The notes beneath the pieces were generated by a model. It saw only the letters and a program-made list of their open reading frames with translations, was not told the DNA's origin and did not search any database. This document shows positions 36,824-45,238 of a stretch of 64,000 nt of DNA, in pieces. Source of the DNA: a virus; IMG/VR virus record IMGVR_UViG_3300034389_000010, positions 33,935 through 97,934 of that record, one strand, 5' to 3'. The stretch's first letter is position 1, and every line of letters begins with the position of its first letter. Position numbers and translations under genes: made by a program.

Positions 36824-37171
36824 ATGCAAGGCACAACCCCCAGCGCTGCTCAGAAGCGCTGGCACGACCTGCTCGTGCGCGAAATTGGCTGTCCGTGCTG
36901 TGTCGCGGACGGTCGCGGCTTCAACGACTACTGCAGCGTCCACCACATCGACGGCCGTACCAAGCCCGACGCCCATTGGCTGGTGATCCCGCTGTGTGGC
37001 GAGCACCACCAGAACTCGCCTTTGGCGGTCCACGTCAACAAGGCCCAGTGGGAGCGCCGCTACGGCACCCAACTGATAGTGATGAAGCGCTGCGCCGAGC
37101 AGCTGCTGGATAACTTCTACGCGGTGCCTGAGCGGGTGCTGCAGCTGACCAATCTGGAGTTCGCGGCATGA
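36824..37171 (+). CDS. Ref-like HNH nuclease
   Basis: GC.CC, VHHIDGRTKP.AH..VIPLC..HHQ, AVH. Confidence 0.7.
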   Translation: MQGTTPSAAQKRWHDLLVREIGCPCCVADGRGFNDYCSVHHIDGRTKPDAHWLVIPLCGEHHQNSPLAVHVNKAQWERRYGTQLIVMKRCAEQLLDNFYAVPERVLQLTNLEFAA

Positions 37172-37281
37172 GCCAGTACCTGTGCCCCGAGTTCCTGATG
37201 GTCGTGACCTTGGCCGCCGCGTACCTGTCGATCGCGGTCCTGGTGCTGATCGACAGTTTCCGCAAGGAGCCCCGGCCGTGA
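37168..37281 (+). CDS. 37-aa single-TM peptide
   Basis: ATGA/GTGA overlaps on both sides; MSQYLCPEFLMVVTLAAAYLSIAVLVLIDSFRKEPRP. Confidence 0.45.
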   Translation: MSQYLCPEFLMVVTLAAAYLSIAVLVLIDSFRKEPRP

Positions 37282-37580
37282 CCGAAGCTCAAACCATCCT
37301 GGGCGCCCTGATCCTGGGCGTCTTCCTGATCGCCGCTGGCCAGCTGATCGATCACCTGTACCAGCGCCGGCTGCGCACGCTCAGGGCGCGCGACATCGCC
37401 CGCGAGGTCGAGGCCGGTAAGCGTTGCCCGGAGTGTTTCGGAAAGTGCCTCATTCGGCTGCCGTCCATGAACGCCAAGCTATGTGCAGATTGCCACGCGG
37501 AGATCCCGTGGCACCTGTCCGAGGGCCAGGTCCAGACCCTCGCGCCCAGTCGCGCACATCGCAAGGTGAAGCCCCAGTGA
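37278..37580 (+). CDS. TM + Zn-ribbon protein
   Basis: N-terminal TM; CPEC...CADC. Confidence 0.55.
   Translation: MTEAQTILGALILGVFLIAAGQLIDHLYQRRLRTLRARDIAREVEAGKRCPECFGKCLIRLPSMNAKLCADCHAEIPWHLSEGQVQTLAPSRAHRKVKPQ
37440..37480 (+). promoter_or_regulatory. Intragenic copy of the late promoter, GGAAAG-N29-CAAGCT
   Basis: Same spacing; upstream of dut and the terminase-like gene. Confidence 0.5.
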
Positions 37581-38059
37581 GTGAGCCAACCCCCGTACTC
37601 CATTTCTATACCCGTCCTGTGCTGAGCTTCGTGCGCATGGGTGGTCACCAGCTGCCCCTGCCTCGCCAAGCCACTGCCGGCGCCGCTGGCTACGACCTGT
37701 CCGCCGTGGGCGAGCACGTCGTGCTGCCGGGTGAGCGCAAGATGATCCCCACCGGCTGGGGCCTCCGCGTGCGGACCGGCATGCACGGCCAAATCTGGCC
37801 GCGCTCTGGCCTGGCCAACAAGCACGGCATCGACACCCTGGCCGGCATGATCGACAGCGACTATCAGGGCGAGATCAAGGTGATCCTGCTCAACACCGGC
37901 GATCTACCTTTCCGCATCGAGCACGGAGACCGCATCGCCCAGCTGGTGATCTGCGGCCACCTGGTGGCAGAGCCCTGCGAGACCGAGGACCTGGGCGAGG
38001 TTGCGACCGAGCGCGGTACCGGCGGCTTCGGTTCCACCGGCATGGGGGTGTCGCACTGA
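37577..38059 (+). CDS. dut: Trimeric dUTPase
   Basis: AGYDL, PRSGLA, G.IDSDYQGE, GDRIAQL, RG.GGFGSTG. Confidence 0.95.
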   Translation: MSEPTPVLHFYTRPVLSFVRMGGHQLPLPRQATAGAAGYDLSAVGEHVVLPGERKMIPTGWGLRVRTGMHGQIWPRSGLANKHGIDTLAGMIDSDYQGEIKVILLNTGDLPFRIEHGDRIAQLVICGHLVAEPCETEDLGEVATERGTGGFGSTGMGVSH

Positions 38060-39096
38060 TGGGCATTCGCAATCTGTTCGCCAGCCTGCTGCGCTCCAAG
38101 GACTCCGACTACGTCTTCGGTCTGATCGATCGTGGCCACATCGGCGCCAGCCACGAGCGCACCCCGCTGGTCCGCGAGAATGCCGGCGACCTGATCCTGG
38201 TGGCCGTCGCCGGCGGCTGCTACCGGGCGCAGACTGTCCTGGTGCATGCCCGTATCGGTCGCAGCGCATCGGGCGATCCGCTGCACAACCTGGACGTGAT
38301 GCAGGTCGAGAGCCTGGGTGTGCCTGATCCGGCCGAGGTCGCCGAGCATATCGCCGACAGGCGCAATGCTCTGCCGGGCGCCCAGGTGCTGATCCACGTC
38401 GGCGGCCAGGGCATCACCGTCGCCCGCCTGCTGACGCATGTGGGCATCCCACATCGCCGGATCAACTGGGGCGATCAATCCTCTGACCCCACGTTGCGCA
38501 AGACCTACCGCAATGTGAAGGCCCAGGCCTACGAAAGCCTGGTCACCGCCTTCCACCGGCACGCCATCACCTTCCAGTGCGAGCCGCCGCTGTACCTGTA
38601 CCAGGATGCCGCGCGCATCGGCCGCCGCGTCCATGACGACCGTATCGAGTACGCATCGGCAAACCTGGTGGGCCAGTTCGAGGGTATTGATCTGCTCGAC
38701 TGCCTGGCGGCCGCCTACCTGGACGGCCTGACCTGGACTGTCGCCCCGGCCAAGGTGCCGCCGGTGGTGGCTGCCCTGCGCGCCGAAGCCCAGCGGGCCG
38801 CCCCGGCCAGCTCCTCGCGCTTCGACAGCTCGCCGGCGCCGGTGGACTCGATGGGACTGGGCAGCACGCTGCACCCGCTCAACCCGCTGTCGCCGTATAA
38901 CTCGCTCAACCAGCAGGCCGCCCTGGCGGATGAGCCTCGCCGCCATGAGCCCGAGCCGGTGCGCTGCATGCCGTCGTCGCACTCCTCCTCGGACTACGGC
39001 AGCAGCTACTCCAGCTACGACTCCGGGTCGAGCGGCTACAGCAGCTACAGCAGCGATTCGGGCAGCAGCTGCTCCGGCAGCTCGGGCTGCGACTGA
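38059..39096 (+). CDS. Stand-alone terminase large-subunit nuclease-like domain (degenerate) with Ser/Gly-rich tail
   Basis: VAVAGG..RA.TV, VLIHVGGQG, RRINWG, Y.N.KAQAY, D..DC.A.AYL resemble the PacB-type C-terminus; no Walker motifs. Confidence 0.6.
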   Translation: MGIRNLFASLLRSKDSDYVFGLIDRGHIGASHERTPLVRENAGDLILVAVAGGCYRAQTVLVHARIGRSASGDPLHNLDVMQVESLGVPDPAEVAEHIADRRNALPGAQVLIHVGGQGITVARLLTHVGIPHRRINWGDQSSDPTLRKTYRNVKAQAYESLVTAFHRHAITFQCEPPLYLYQDAARIGRRVHDDRIEYASANLVGQFEGIDLLDCLAAAYLDGLTWTVAPAKVPPVVAALRAEAQRAAPASSSRFDSSPAPVDSMGLGSTLHPLNPLSPYNSLNQQAALADEPRRHEPEPVRCMPSSHSSSDYGSSYSSYDSGSSGYSSYSSDSGSSCSGSSGCD

Positions 39097-39560
39097 TGGC
39101 CGGCTTGCGCATGACCGAGGCCGAGCTGCTGGCGCGCCAGCAGAAACAGGCCGACCAGGTCGCCCAGGTCAAAGCCAAGGTGCTCGCCGAGGTGCCTGCC
39201 GCGAAGCTCAAGGACTCGCAGCAGCGCCTGCGCGCCCTGGGCCACCTCAAGCCCGGCGAAATGAACAAGACCGAGCAGCGCTACCACGACCACCTGCAGC
39301 TGCAGAAGCAGGCGGGGCTGGTGCTCTGGTTCGAGTTCGAGAGCATCAAGCTCAAGCTCTGCGACAACACCCACTTCACCCCGGACTTCGCCCTGATGGG
39401 CGCCGATGGGGTGCTGGAGCTGCACGACGTGAAGGGCTCGCGCGCCATCATCAAGGACGACGCCCATCTCAAGATGAAATGGGCGGCCGATCGCTATCCC
39501 TTCCGGATCTGCTACGTCTTCCCGGTGAAGGGCGGCGGCTGGGAGATCGAGGAGGTATGA
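39096..39560 (+). CDS. DUF1064-like PD-(D/E)XK endonuclease
   Basis: MNKTE..Y, FTPDF, HDVKG. Confidence 0.75.
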   Translation: MAGLRMTEAELLARQQKQADQVAQVKAKVLAEVPAAKLKDSQQRLRALGHLKPGEMNKTEQRYHDHLQLQKQAGLVLWFEFESIKLKLCDNTHFTPDFALMGADGVLELHDVKGSRAIIKDDAHLKMKWAADRYPFRICYVFPVKGGGWEIEEV

Positions 39561-39796
39561 AGACCCCGATCAAGCGACCCCGCGCGCCCCAGGGCACCTA
39601 CATCGTCGGGCGCAGCTTTCACCGCATGACCCTGGTCGAGCAGCGCGGCCCGCAACCGAGCGGCCTGTGGCTGGCGCGCTGCGTCTGCGGTACCGAGAAG
39701 GTGGTGGCGGCCAATGACTGCCGGCGCGGCCGGGTCAAGTCCTGCGGCTGCCTGATGGTCGAACTGCTCAAGGCCCGCGCTAAGGTCCCCGCATGA
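39557..39796 (+). CDS. Small Cys-containing protein (HNH/AP2-associated N-domain-like)
   Basis: W..RC.CG....V....R.G..KSCGC. Confidence 0.55.
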   Translation: MKTPIKRPRAPQGTYIVGRSFHRMTLVEQRGPQPSGLWLARCVCGTEKVVAANDCRRGRVKSCGCLMVELLKARAKVPA

Positions 39797-40047
39797 CCGA
39801 GCGCGACCCCGCCAAGCACAAGGCCTACATCAGCCACTGCATGGGCAAGGCCGGGTGCTGCTACGCGCCGAAGCACCGTTACTGCGAGATCGGAAAGGCC
39901 TTGTGGGTCGAGTATCGGCTGGACGACATCATGGCCATGCCTGACCGCTACTCGCGTCGCACCGCGATGGCCAACGAGAAGCGGCAGAACCCTCACCTGT
40001 ATCCCGATCTACTGGAGCGGGCGCGCGCTGTCCTCGGCACTGAGTAG
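39793..40047 (+). CDS. Hypothetical protein
   Basis: 84 aa, ATGA overlap. Confidence 0.55.
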   Translation: MTERDPAKHKAYISHCMGKAGCCYAPKHRYCEIGKALWVEYRLDDIMAMPDRYSRRTAMANEKRQNPHLYPDLLERARAVLGTE

Positions 40048-40070
40048 CGCGCTCGCTGGAGTGCGCCGCC

Positions 40071-40541
40071 TTGGAAATCATTCTCGTCAAAACCATGGAC
40101 GGCTCGCTGCGCCCTGCCACCGAGGAGGGCATCGAGCAGCTGCGCAAGCTCAAGGTGGGCGCGGGGGTGCGCTGCGAGGTCAAGCAGATCCGCAACTACA
40201 AGTTCCTGCAGAAGACCATGGTGCTGTTCCGGGTGGCCTATGACCACTGGATCGAGAACAGCCTGCAGGACCTGGAGTACAAGGGCGAGAAGGTGCTGCC
40301 TTGCATCGAGCGCTTCCGCAAGGACCTGACCATCGTCGCCGGCCACTACAACGCGACATTCGATCTCAACGGCAAGGTGCGCCTGACCGCCAAGTCGCTC
40401 AGCTATGCCAGCTGCAGCGAGGAAGAGGCCCAGGCGATCTATTCCAGCGTGATCGACGCCATCCTGGCGCGGGTCTACCAGGGGCAGATGGATGAGCAGC
40501 GCCTGCAGCAGCAGGTGGATCAAATCATCCGCTTCACTTAA
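40071..40541 (+). CDS. DUF1367 (NinB-like) protein
   Basis: LRPAT, RNYKF, FRK.LTI.AGHY, AKSLSYA. Confidence 0.75.
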   Translation: MEIILVKTMDGSLRPATEEGIEQLRKLKVGAGVRCEVKQIRNYKFLQKTMVLFRVAYDHWIENSLQDLEYKGEKVLPCIERFRKDLTIVAGHYNATFDLNGKVRLTAKSLSYASCSEEEAQAIYSSVIDAILARVYQGQMDEQRLQQQVDQIIRFT

Positions 40542-40688
40542 CGAATCGCTAAGGTTCGGCTGTTAGAACGCGCGCGATTACCACGTCAACCGGCAAAAGT
40601 TCACTATTTTTCTGTGACGCATGTTGCACTTGGGGCGGCGTAACGGGACCATAAGCTCACTCTTTTGGGCATCCCGAGATACCGATTC

Positions 40689-41378
40689 ATGGCCATCCCA
40701 ACCTCCGCAAAGAACATGCGCTCGCTCAAGCCGATCCTGGCTAAGCGGCTCAGTGCTGCGCGTCGGGCTGCCAAGCTGAATCAGATCCAGGTCGCTAATC
40801 ACCTGGGCCAAAAGCAGTGCTCGCAAGTCTCCCAGTGGGAAGACGTCGAGAACGAGCGGATGCCCAAGCTCGCCGACCTGATCGCCATGGCCCAGCTCTA
40901 CGCCGTGCCGATGGATTACCTGTGCAACCTGTCGAACGACCCGATCGCGGACGTCACCGAGAACAACCAGGCTTTCCTGGCTCGCATGATGAGCAACGCC
41001 ATCGCCGATGCCCAGGAGCAGTTCACCAAGGCAATGGGCCAGAAGCTCGCCATCACCATCGACAGCCATGGCCAGGACCGCAAGGACCTGCAGTCCATTG
41101 CCCTCGCGGTGCGCGACCTCAAGCAGCGCATCGCCAAGATGCAGGAAATGAACCCCGGTTATGAAGAGGACTGGCGCGGCTACAACCCCGTCAGCCTGTC
41201 CCTGGATCGTCTGGAAGCCCTGGTGCGTGGCGCGGATCAGCGCATCGCCCAGGAGACCCGTCACTGCGCCATCATCGAGAAGGAAATGGCCATTCTCGAC
41301 GGCGAGTTCGAGCGCCGCCAGCGTGCCGATATTGGCCGGACTGTGGCGCAGATGACGCTCGATATGCAGCCCCTCTGA
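40689..41378 (+). CDS. XRE-family HTH transcriptional regulator
   Basis: RL.AAR....LNQ.QVA..LG....VSQWE....P....L...A.LY.V..DYL. Confidence 0.8.
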   Translation: MAIPTSAKNMRSLKPILAKRLSAARRAAKLNQIQVANHLGQKQCSQVSQWEDVENERMPKLADLIAMAQLYAVPMDYLCNLSNDPIADVTENNQAFLARMMSNAIADAQEQFTKAMGQKLAITIDSHGQDRKDLQSIALAVRDLKQRIAKMQEMNPGYEEDWRGYNPVSLSLDRLEALVRGADQRIAQETRHCAIIEKEMAILDGEFERRQRADIGRTVAQMTLDMQPL

Positions 41379-41379
41379 A

Positions 41380-41990
41380 TGTACCCCGAGCCGGGCGGGC
41401 CGCGATGCGGATGCCCCGGACAGCCAGGGTGTGGAGAGCGCTGATTGCAAAGATCCCACACAACCGACACAGGCGAGATTACTCCTCGCGCCCATACGAC
41501 CCTGCAGGCCTCAACCCTGCTAAGTGGGCAAGCCTGGGAATCGGTCGATCGCCCCGCGTGAAGGGGCATGAACAGCAGGACCTCGATCGCCGGCAATGGC
41601 CTGGCGCTCGTGAAGCCGATCCGGCGCCCCGACGCTTAACCGCTCCAGGGGCAAGAGCCAGGATCGCCGGGAGTGGCAACCGGCCCGAGTCATCCACGGA
41701 TGGCATCGGCAAGGTCGGCCGAGGCTATAGCCTCACGTTTTGGGGAGGCCGACCTTGACCAATGCCAGTTCGATGCGGGAGGCGTGGTAGATCGCCGATG
41801 CGTGAGAGCAGTGAAGGGCACCCCTCGCCCAGGCTCACGCTGAAATCTACAAGCCGGGTTGGGGGAGGTTACCCCCCGCGTTTGGCCCTCCGGAGGAGTT
41901 CACCGCGCCTTGGCGATAGGCGGTGCCGATAGCCCGAAAGGGCTGCATCGGAGAGTGCGCCCAACCGCGCACTGCCCCATGCAGCCACCC
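41380..41990 (+). ncRNA. About 600-nt highly structured non-coding region
   Basis: No credible ORF; consecutive and multibranch stems. Confidence 0.5.
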
Positions 41991-42010
41991 CATACCCAGT
42001 GAGACCCGCC

Positions 42011-42430
42011 ATGCAGATCAATCCCCAGCTCGTACAGGCCGCGATGGCCGACAAGGCCGTAGGCCCTGCGATCGCCAGCCTGATCAAGACCTACGCCGAA
42101 GGCCTGCCCGTTCCCGAGCACGTCCCGTTCGCGTTCGCCATTCGTACCGACCTGATTCCCGAGCACTTCGTGGGTGGCGTCCTGCCCCAGGCCGGCGACC
42201 AGCTGTCCCTGCAGGTGTACGACTGCCAGCCCATCACTGCCCAGGATGAGGCCGGCGCCGAAGTATCTGCCCATGGCGTGAAGGCCCGCTATCTGGTGAT
42301 CGCCCCCTGCGGCACCCCGCGCCATCTGCTGATTCCGAAGCCTGCCGACGAAGTGCCTGCCGCTGACGTCGCCAAGACCGAAGCCAAGAAGCCGCGCGCC
42401 ACCCGCAAGCCGCGCGAGGGTAGTAAGTAA
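42011..42430 (+). CDS. Hypothetical protein with basic tail
   Basis: 139 aa, phage-like codon usage. Confidence 0.6.
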   Translation: MQINPQLVQAAMADKAVGPAIASLIKTYAEGLPVPEHVPFAFAIRTDLIPEHFVGGVLPQAGDQLSLQVYDCQPITAQDEAGAEVSAHGVKARYLVIAPCGTPRHLLIPKPADEVPAADVAKTEAKKPRATRKPREGSK

Positions 42431-42446
42431 TACCACCCCTCTGCAT

Positions 42447-42606
42447 CCTGGTGGGGCTCCCCACTAGGCTGCATCGCAGAACCCCCAGCGAACAAGGTCG
42501 GGGGTTGTGCGATGCAGGTAGGCGCAGGACGCGCCCAGGGTATCCAGGCACAGCAATGCGGTAAGTCCTGGTGTTACCCGTCCACCGGCCCGGTGCCTGC
42601 ACCCCA
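42447..42606 (+). ncRNA. Structured RNA module (hairpin + CTGCATCG stem + tRNA-like domain)
   Basis: Complementary segments listed in findings. Confidence 0.45.
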
Positions 42607-42628
42607 TTCCCCTGTCTGTGAGCCTCCA

Positions 42629-43441
42629 ATGACGCCAGCAGCTATCACCAGCGTGCTCAACCTGAGCAGTGCCATCTACGATCTGGCCCAAGCGAGCGAG
42701 AAGGTAGAGTGGGATGTTCGCCACCAGGTAGGCGCCACCATCACTCGCCTGCTCATGGTCATCGACGCCCAAACAGGCCTGCCTGCCGTTGTGGCCAGCC
42801 TCTCCCCTGCTGTCATGGATGAGCTGGTCGAGACGTGTACCCTCGGCCAAGAGCGCGTGTACCGGCATGTTCACCGGGACGCGCCAATGGCGGACGTCGC
42901 GACCCCTGAGCCTCAGCCCGAGGCCGCTGCCTCGGACATCGATGCCGAGCTGACTGCCCTGCTGGCGGCTGTGAATGAGCGCGAGGATGCCGCTCCGGCC
43001 CAGGGCGACGAGCCTGCGTCCGAACCCGAGCTGCGCGCCCTCGGCATTCCCCAGGGCCAGCGTATCGCCTTGCGTGATTCCGGGATCTGCGATCGCAACC
43101 AGCTGCTGGCGCTGACCTGGCGTGAGCTGTCTGACCTGCCCGGTGTGGGTCTGGCTGGCGCCTCGATCATCCGTCGCAAGGTGGCCAGTGCCGGCTATGC
43201 GCTGGCAACCGAGGTCCAGGACCAGGACGACCTGGTGCGCCATGAGCCCAACTGCAGCACTGTGGGCCTGCGGATCCACCCCGACCTGCGCATGCGCCTG
43301 AATGACCTGCGGATCTACGATCTGGACGACCTGTGCCGGGTAGGCCATGCGGCCCTGGCCAGTGACCTGGTGATCGGTGACATAGGTGCTGCCTGCCTGG
43401 CGCAGAAGGCCCGCAACTTCGGCCGCGAGCTGGCGGCCTGA
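42629..43441 (+). CDS. Protein with tandem RNA polymerase alpha-CTD-like (HhH) domains
   Basis: L..LGI......L.DSGI....QLL.LT..EL..LPGVG; second, weaker copy. Confidence 0.6.
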   Translation: MTPAAITSVLNLSSAIYDLAQASEKVEWDVRHQVGATITRLLMVIDAQTGLPAVVASLSPAVMDELVETCTLGQERVYRHVHRDAPMADVATPEPQPEAAASDIDAELTALLAAVNEREDAAPAQGDEPASEPELRALGIPQGQRIALRDSGICDRNQLLALTWRELSDLPGVGLAGASIIRRKVASAGYALATEVQDQDDLVRHEPNCSTVGLRIHPDLRMRLNDLRIYDLDDLCRVGHAALASDLVIGDIGAACLAQKARNFGRELAA

Positions 43442-43578
43442 TCAAAGCGGCCCGCCGGCGTACTGGTGGGCTGTATCGGAGAGCGTCATGGTGGTCGCTT
43501 GCGACCTAACTCAGGGAAGCCGGTCGGTGTCATGACCTCAGTACCTGGGCGCCGTGGAAGACCATGACGCTCCCCGAT

Positions 43579-43729
43579 GCAGGTGAATGCGCAGGCTGAT
43601 GCGCTACACGGTCGCGAGAAGAGAAGGTTTTGGCGGATGAACGTGCTAGGCCGTGATTAGGTTCGCGGCTGCTATGCAAAACCACCGGATCGCCATCTAT
43701 GCCGGGATCAGCTCCGGCCACCTGCACCA
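43579..43729 (+). ncRNA. tRNA-like RNA ending in ACCA
   Basis: 7-bp acceptor-like stem, D-like and T-like arms, discriminator A plus CCA. Confidence 0.55.
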
Positions 43730-43851
43730 CGCGCCCAGGATTGGGCGTCGCGACCACAAGTCGCTTGCCGCGCATGGCCCAGGCCACCAGAAGCGCGCCG
43801 GAGGGGGTAACCGGCACCCATACCTATTAGATCGAACGGATAATCACCATC

Positions 43852-44727
43852 ATGACCGCATTGCAGAAACCGACCCAGGAGAGCGTCATCGCCTCGATCG
43901 TCCGCGTGCAGTTCCACCACTGGGAAGACACCCAGTTCGTGAGCTGCCTGGTCGAGCGCGATGACGGTTTCCGTGCCCACGGGTTCCACAACCCTATCGA
44001 CCCCGCTGACTTCGACCTGGAAGAGTCCCAGCGGCTGGCCTACGCCGGCGCCGTCGCCACGCTGTACGGCCTCGCCGTGTCCGGGTTCTTCGAGCGTCGC
44101 GCCATGCTGGCCGGCGCCCATGACGTGCTCGATCGCTGTGGGGTGGGTAACGAGGACGTGAGCGCGCTGAGGTTCGGCGCAGTCATGCCGGATGCCGGCA
44201 CGCAGGAGCTGTACGACAGATTGGCCGCTGTGCTGGACAAGAGGCAGCCCCTCCCCGAATGGCCGCCAGCCACCCAGGAGCAGCGCGACGCGATCCAGCA
44301 ACTCCTGGGTGCTCACCTGGTGGGCGAGGTGGAGCCTGCTGGCCCCTTCGAGTATCCCGAGACGCCTTATATCCAGGTCAAGAACCCCACGCTCACCGTA
44401 AACAGTTACTTCGGCGGGAAGCCATCCACCGAGGTAGGCCCTGCAGCTGGATCTGCCGTGATCGTTCGTATGCCTGAGTCGTTTAAGTACCCCCATGGTG
44501 CCGAGGTGATCGGCGTCGTGAAGCGTGGCCCCCAGTGCCCTGGGTCCATGGGTGTCGAGATCGCTATTGATTCGCCAGGGCGCTTCTCTGCCACCACCTC
44601 GATCTATGCCCACCGCTGGAACCAGCTCGACCTGGTAGAGCGGCCTTTCACCGAGGATGAGGCCAGACAGCTTGGCGTCATTCGCGGGCACCTGGAAGCC
44701 GAGGGGGTTTATCGTGCGACCCCCTGA
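43852..44727 (+). CDS. N-terminal phage gp49/66 (Acb4-like) domain fused to unknown domains
   Basis: SC.V...DGF...G....DPADFD.E....LA...A...L..L pattern. Confidence 0.55.
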   Translation: MTALQKPTQESVIASIVRVQFHHWEDTQFVSCLVERDDGFRAHGFHNPIDPADFDLEESQRLAYAGAVATLYGLAVSGFFERRAMLAGAHDVLDRCGVGNEDVSALRFGAVMPDAGTQELYDRLAAVLDKRQPLPEWPPATQEQRDAIQQLLGAHLVGEVEPAGPFEYPETPYIQVKNPTLTVNSYFGGKPSTEVGPAAGSAVIVRMPESFKYPHGAEVIGVVKRGPQCPGSMGVEIAIDSPGRFSATTSIYAHRWNQLDLVERPFTEDEARQLGVIRGHLEAEGVYRATP

Positions 44728-45238
44728 GACCTGCGAGTGCCGCTATAGCGCCGATACCGAGGATCTGACCTGGTGCCTGGGGTGTCGGGAAGCCGAGGAG
44801 GCCCGCAAGGTCACTCCGCGTCCTGGTCGCCTCGCCCGGTTGCGTGCTTGGCTGACTGAGCGCCAGCCCGAACAGGCCCGGATCGCCGTAGGACCTGCAC
44901 AGGTCATGGTTGCAGCGGGGAGCCCGATTACTGTCCTGGGCGTCCGTGCTCACCTGGTCGAGTCCGCCCAGCTGTTCGCCCATCCGAGTGAGGCCCAGGC
45001 GCTCCAGGCCATGGGAACGGGTAGACCGCGCTGGAAGGTGCTCGCTGCTCGCCTGGCCTATGGCGCAATCGCCCTGGGGTTGGCTGCCAACATTGCCATC
45101 TACGCTTATGAGGCCTGGCAGACCCACCACATCGCGAGCACCGTGATCCCTGCTACCTGGTTCTACGCCACCCTCACCTACGCCACGCTCCGCAAAGCCC
45201 GCCACCCCTTCCGCCCGGTACTGCTCCGGGTCTGGTAA
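44714..45238 (+). CDS. Membrane protein with N-terminal Cys cluster
   Basis: GTG with GAGGGG; two C-terminal TMs. Confidence 0.5.
   Translation: MRPPETCECRYSADTEDLTWCLGCREAEEARKVTPRPGRLARLRAWLTERQPEQARIAVGPAQVMVAAGSPITVLGVRAHLVESAQLFAHPSEAQALQAMGTGRPRWKVLAARLAYGAIALGLAANIAIYAYEAWQTHHIASTVIPATWFYATLTYATLRKARHPFRPVLLRVW

Noticed and set aside
41380-43850. Canonical tRNA genes, or retron/DGR/group II intron RNA
   Set aside because: No TTCGA T-loop or 7-nt anticodon loop, and no reverse transcriptase in the window
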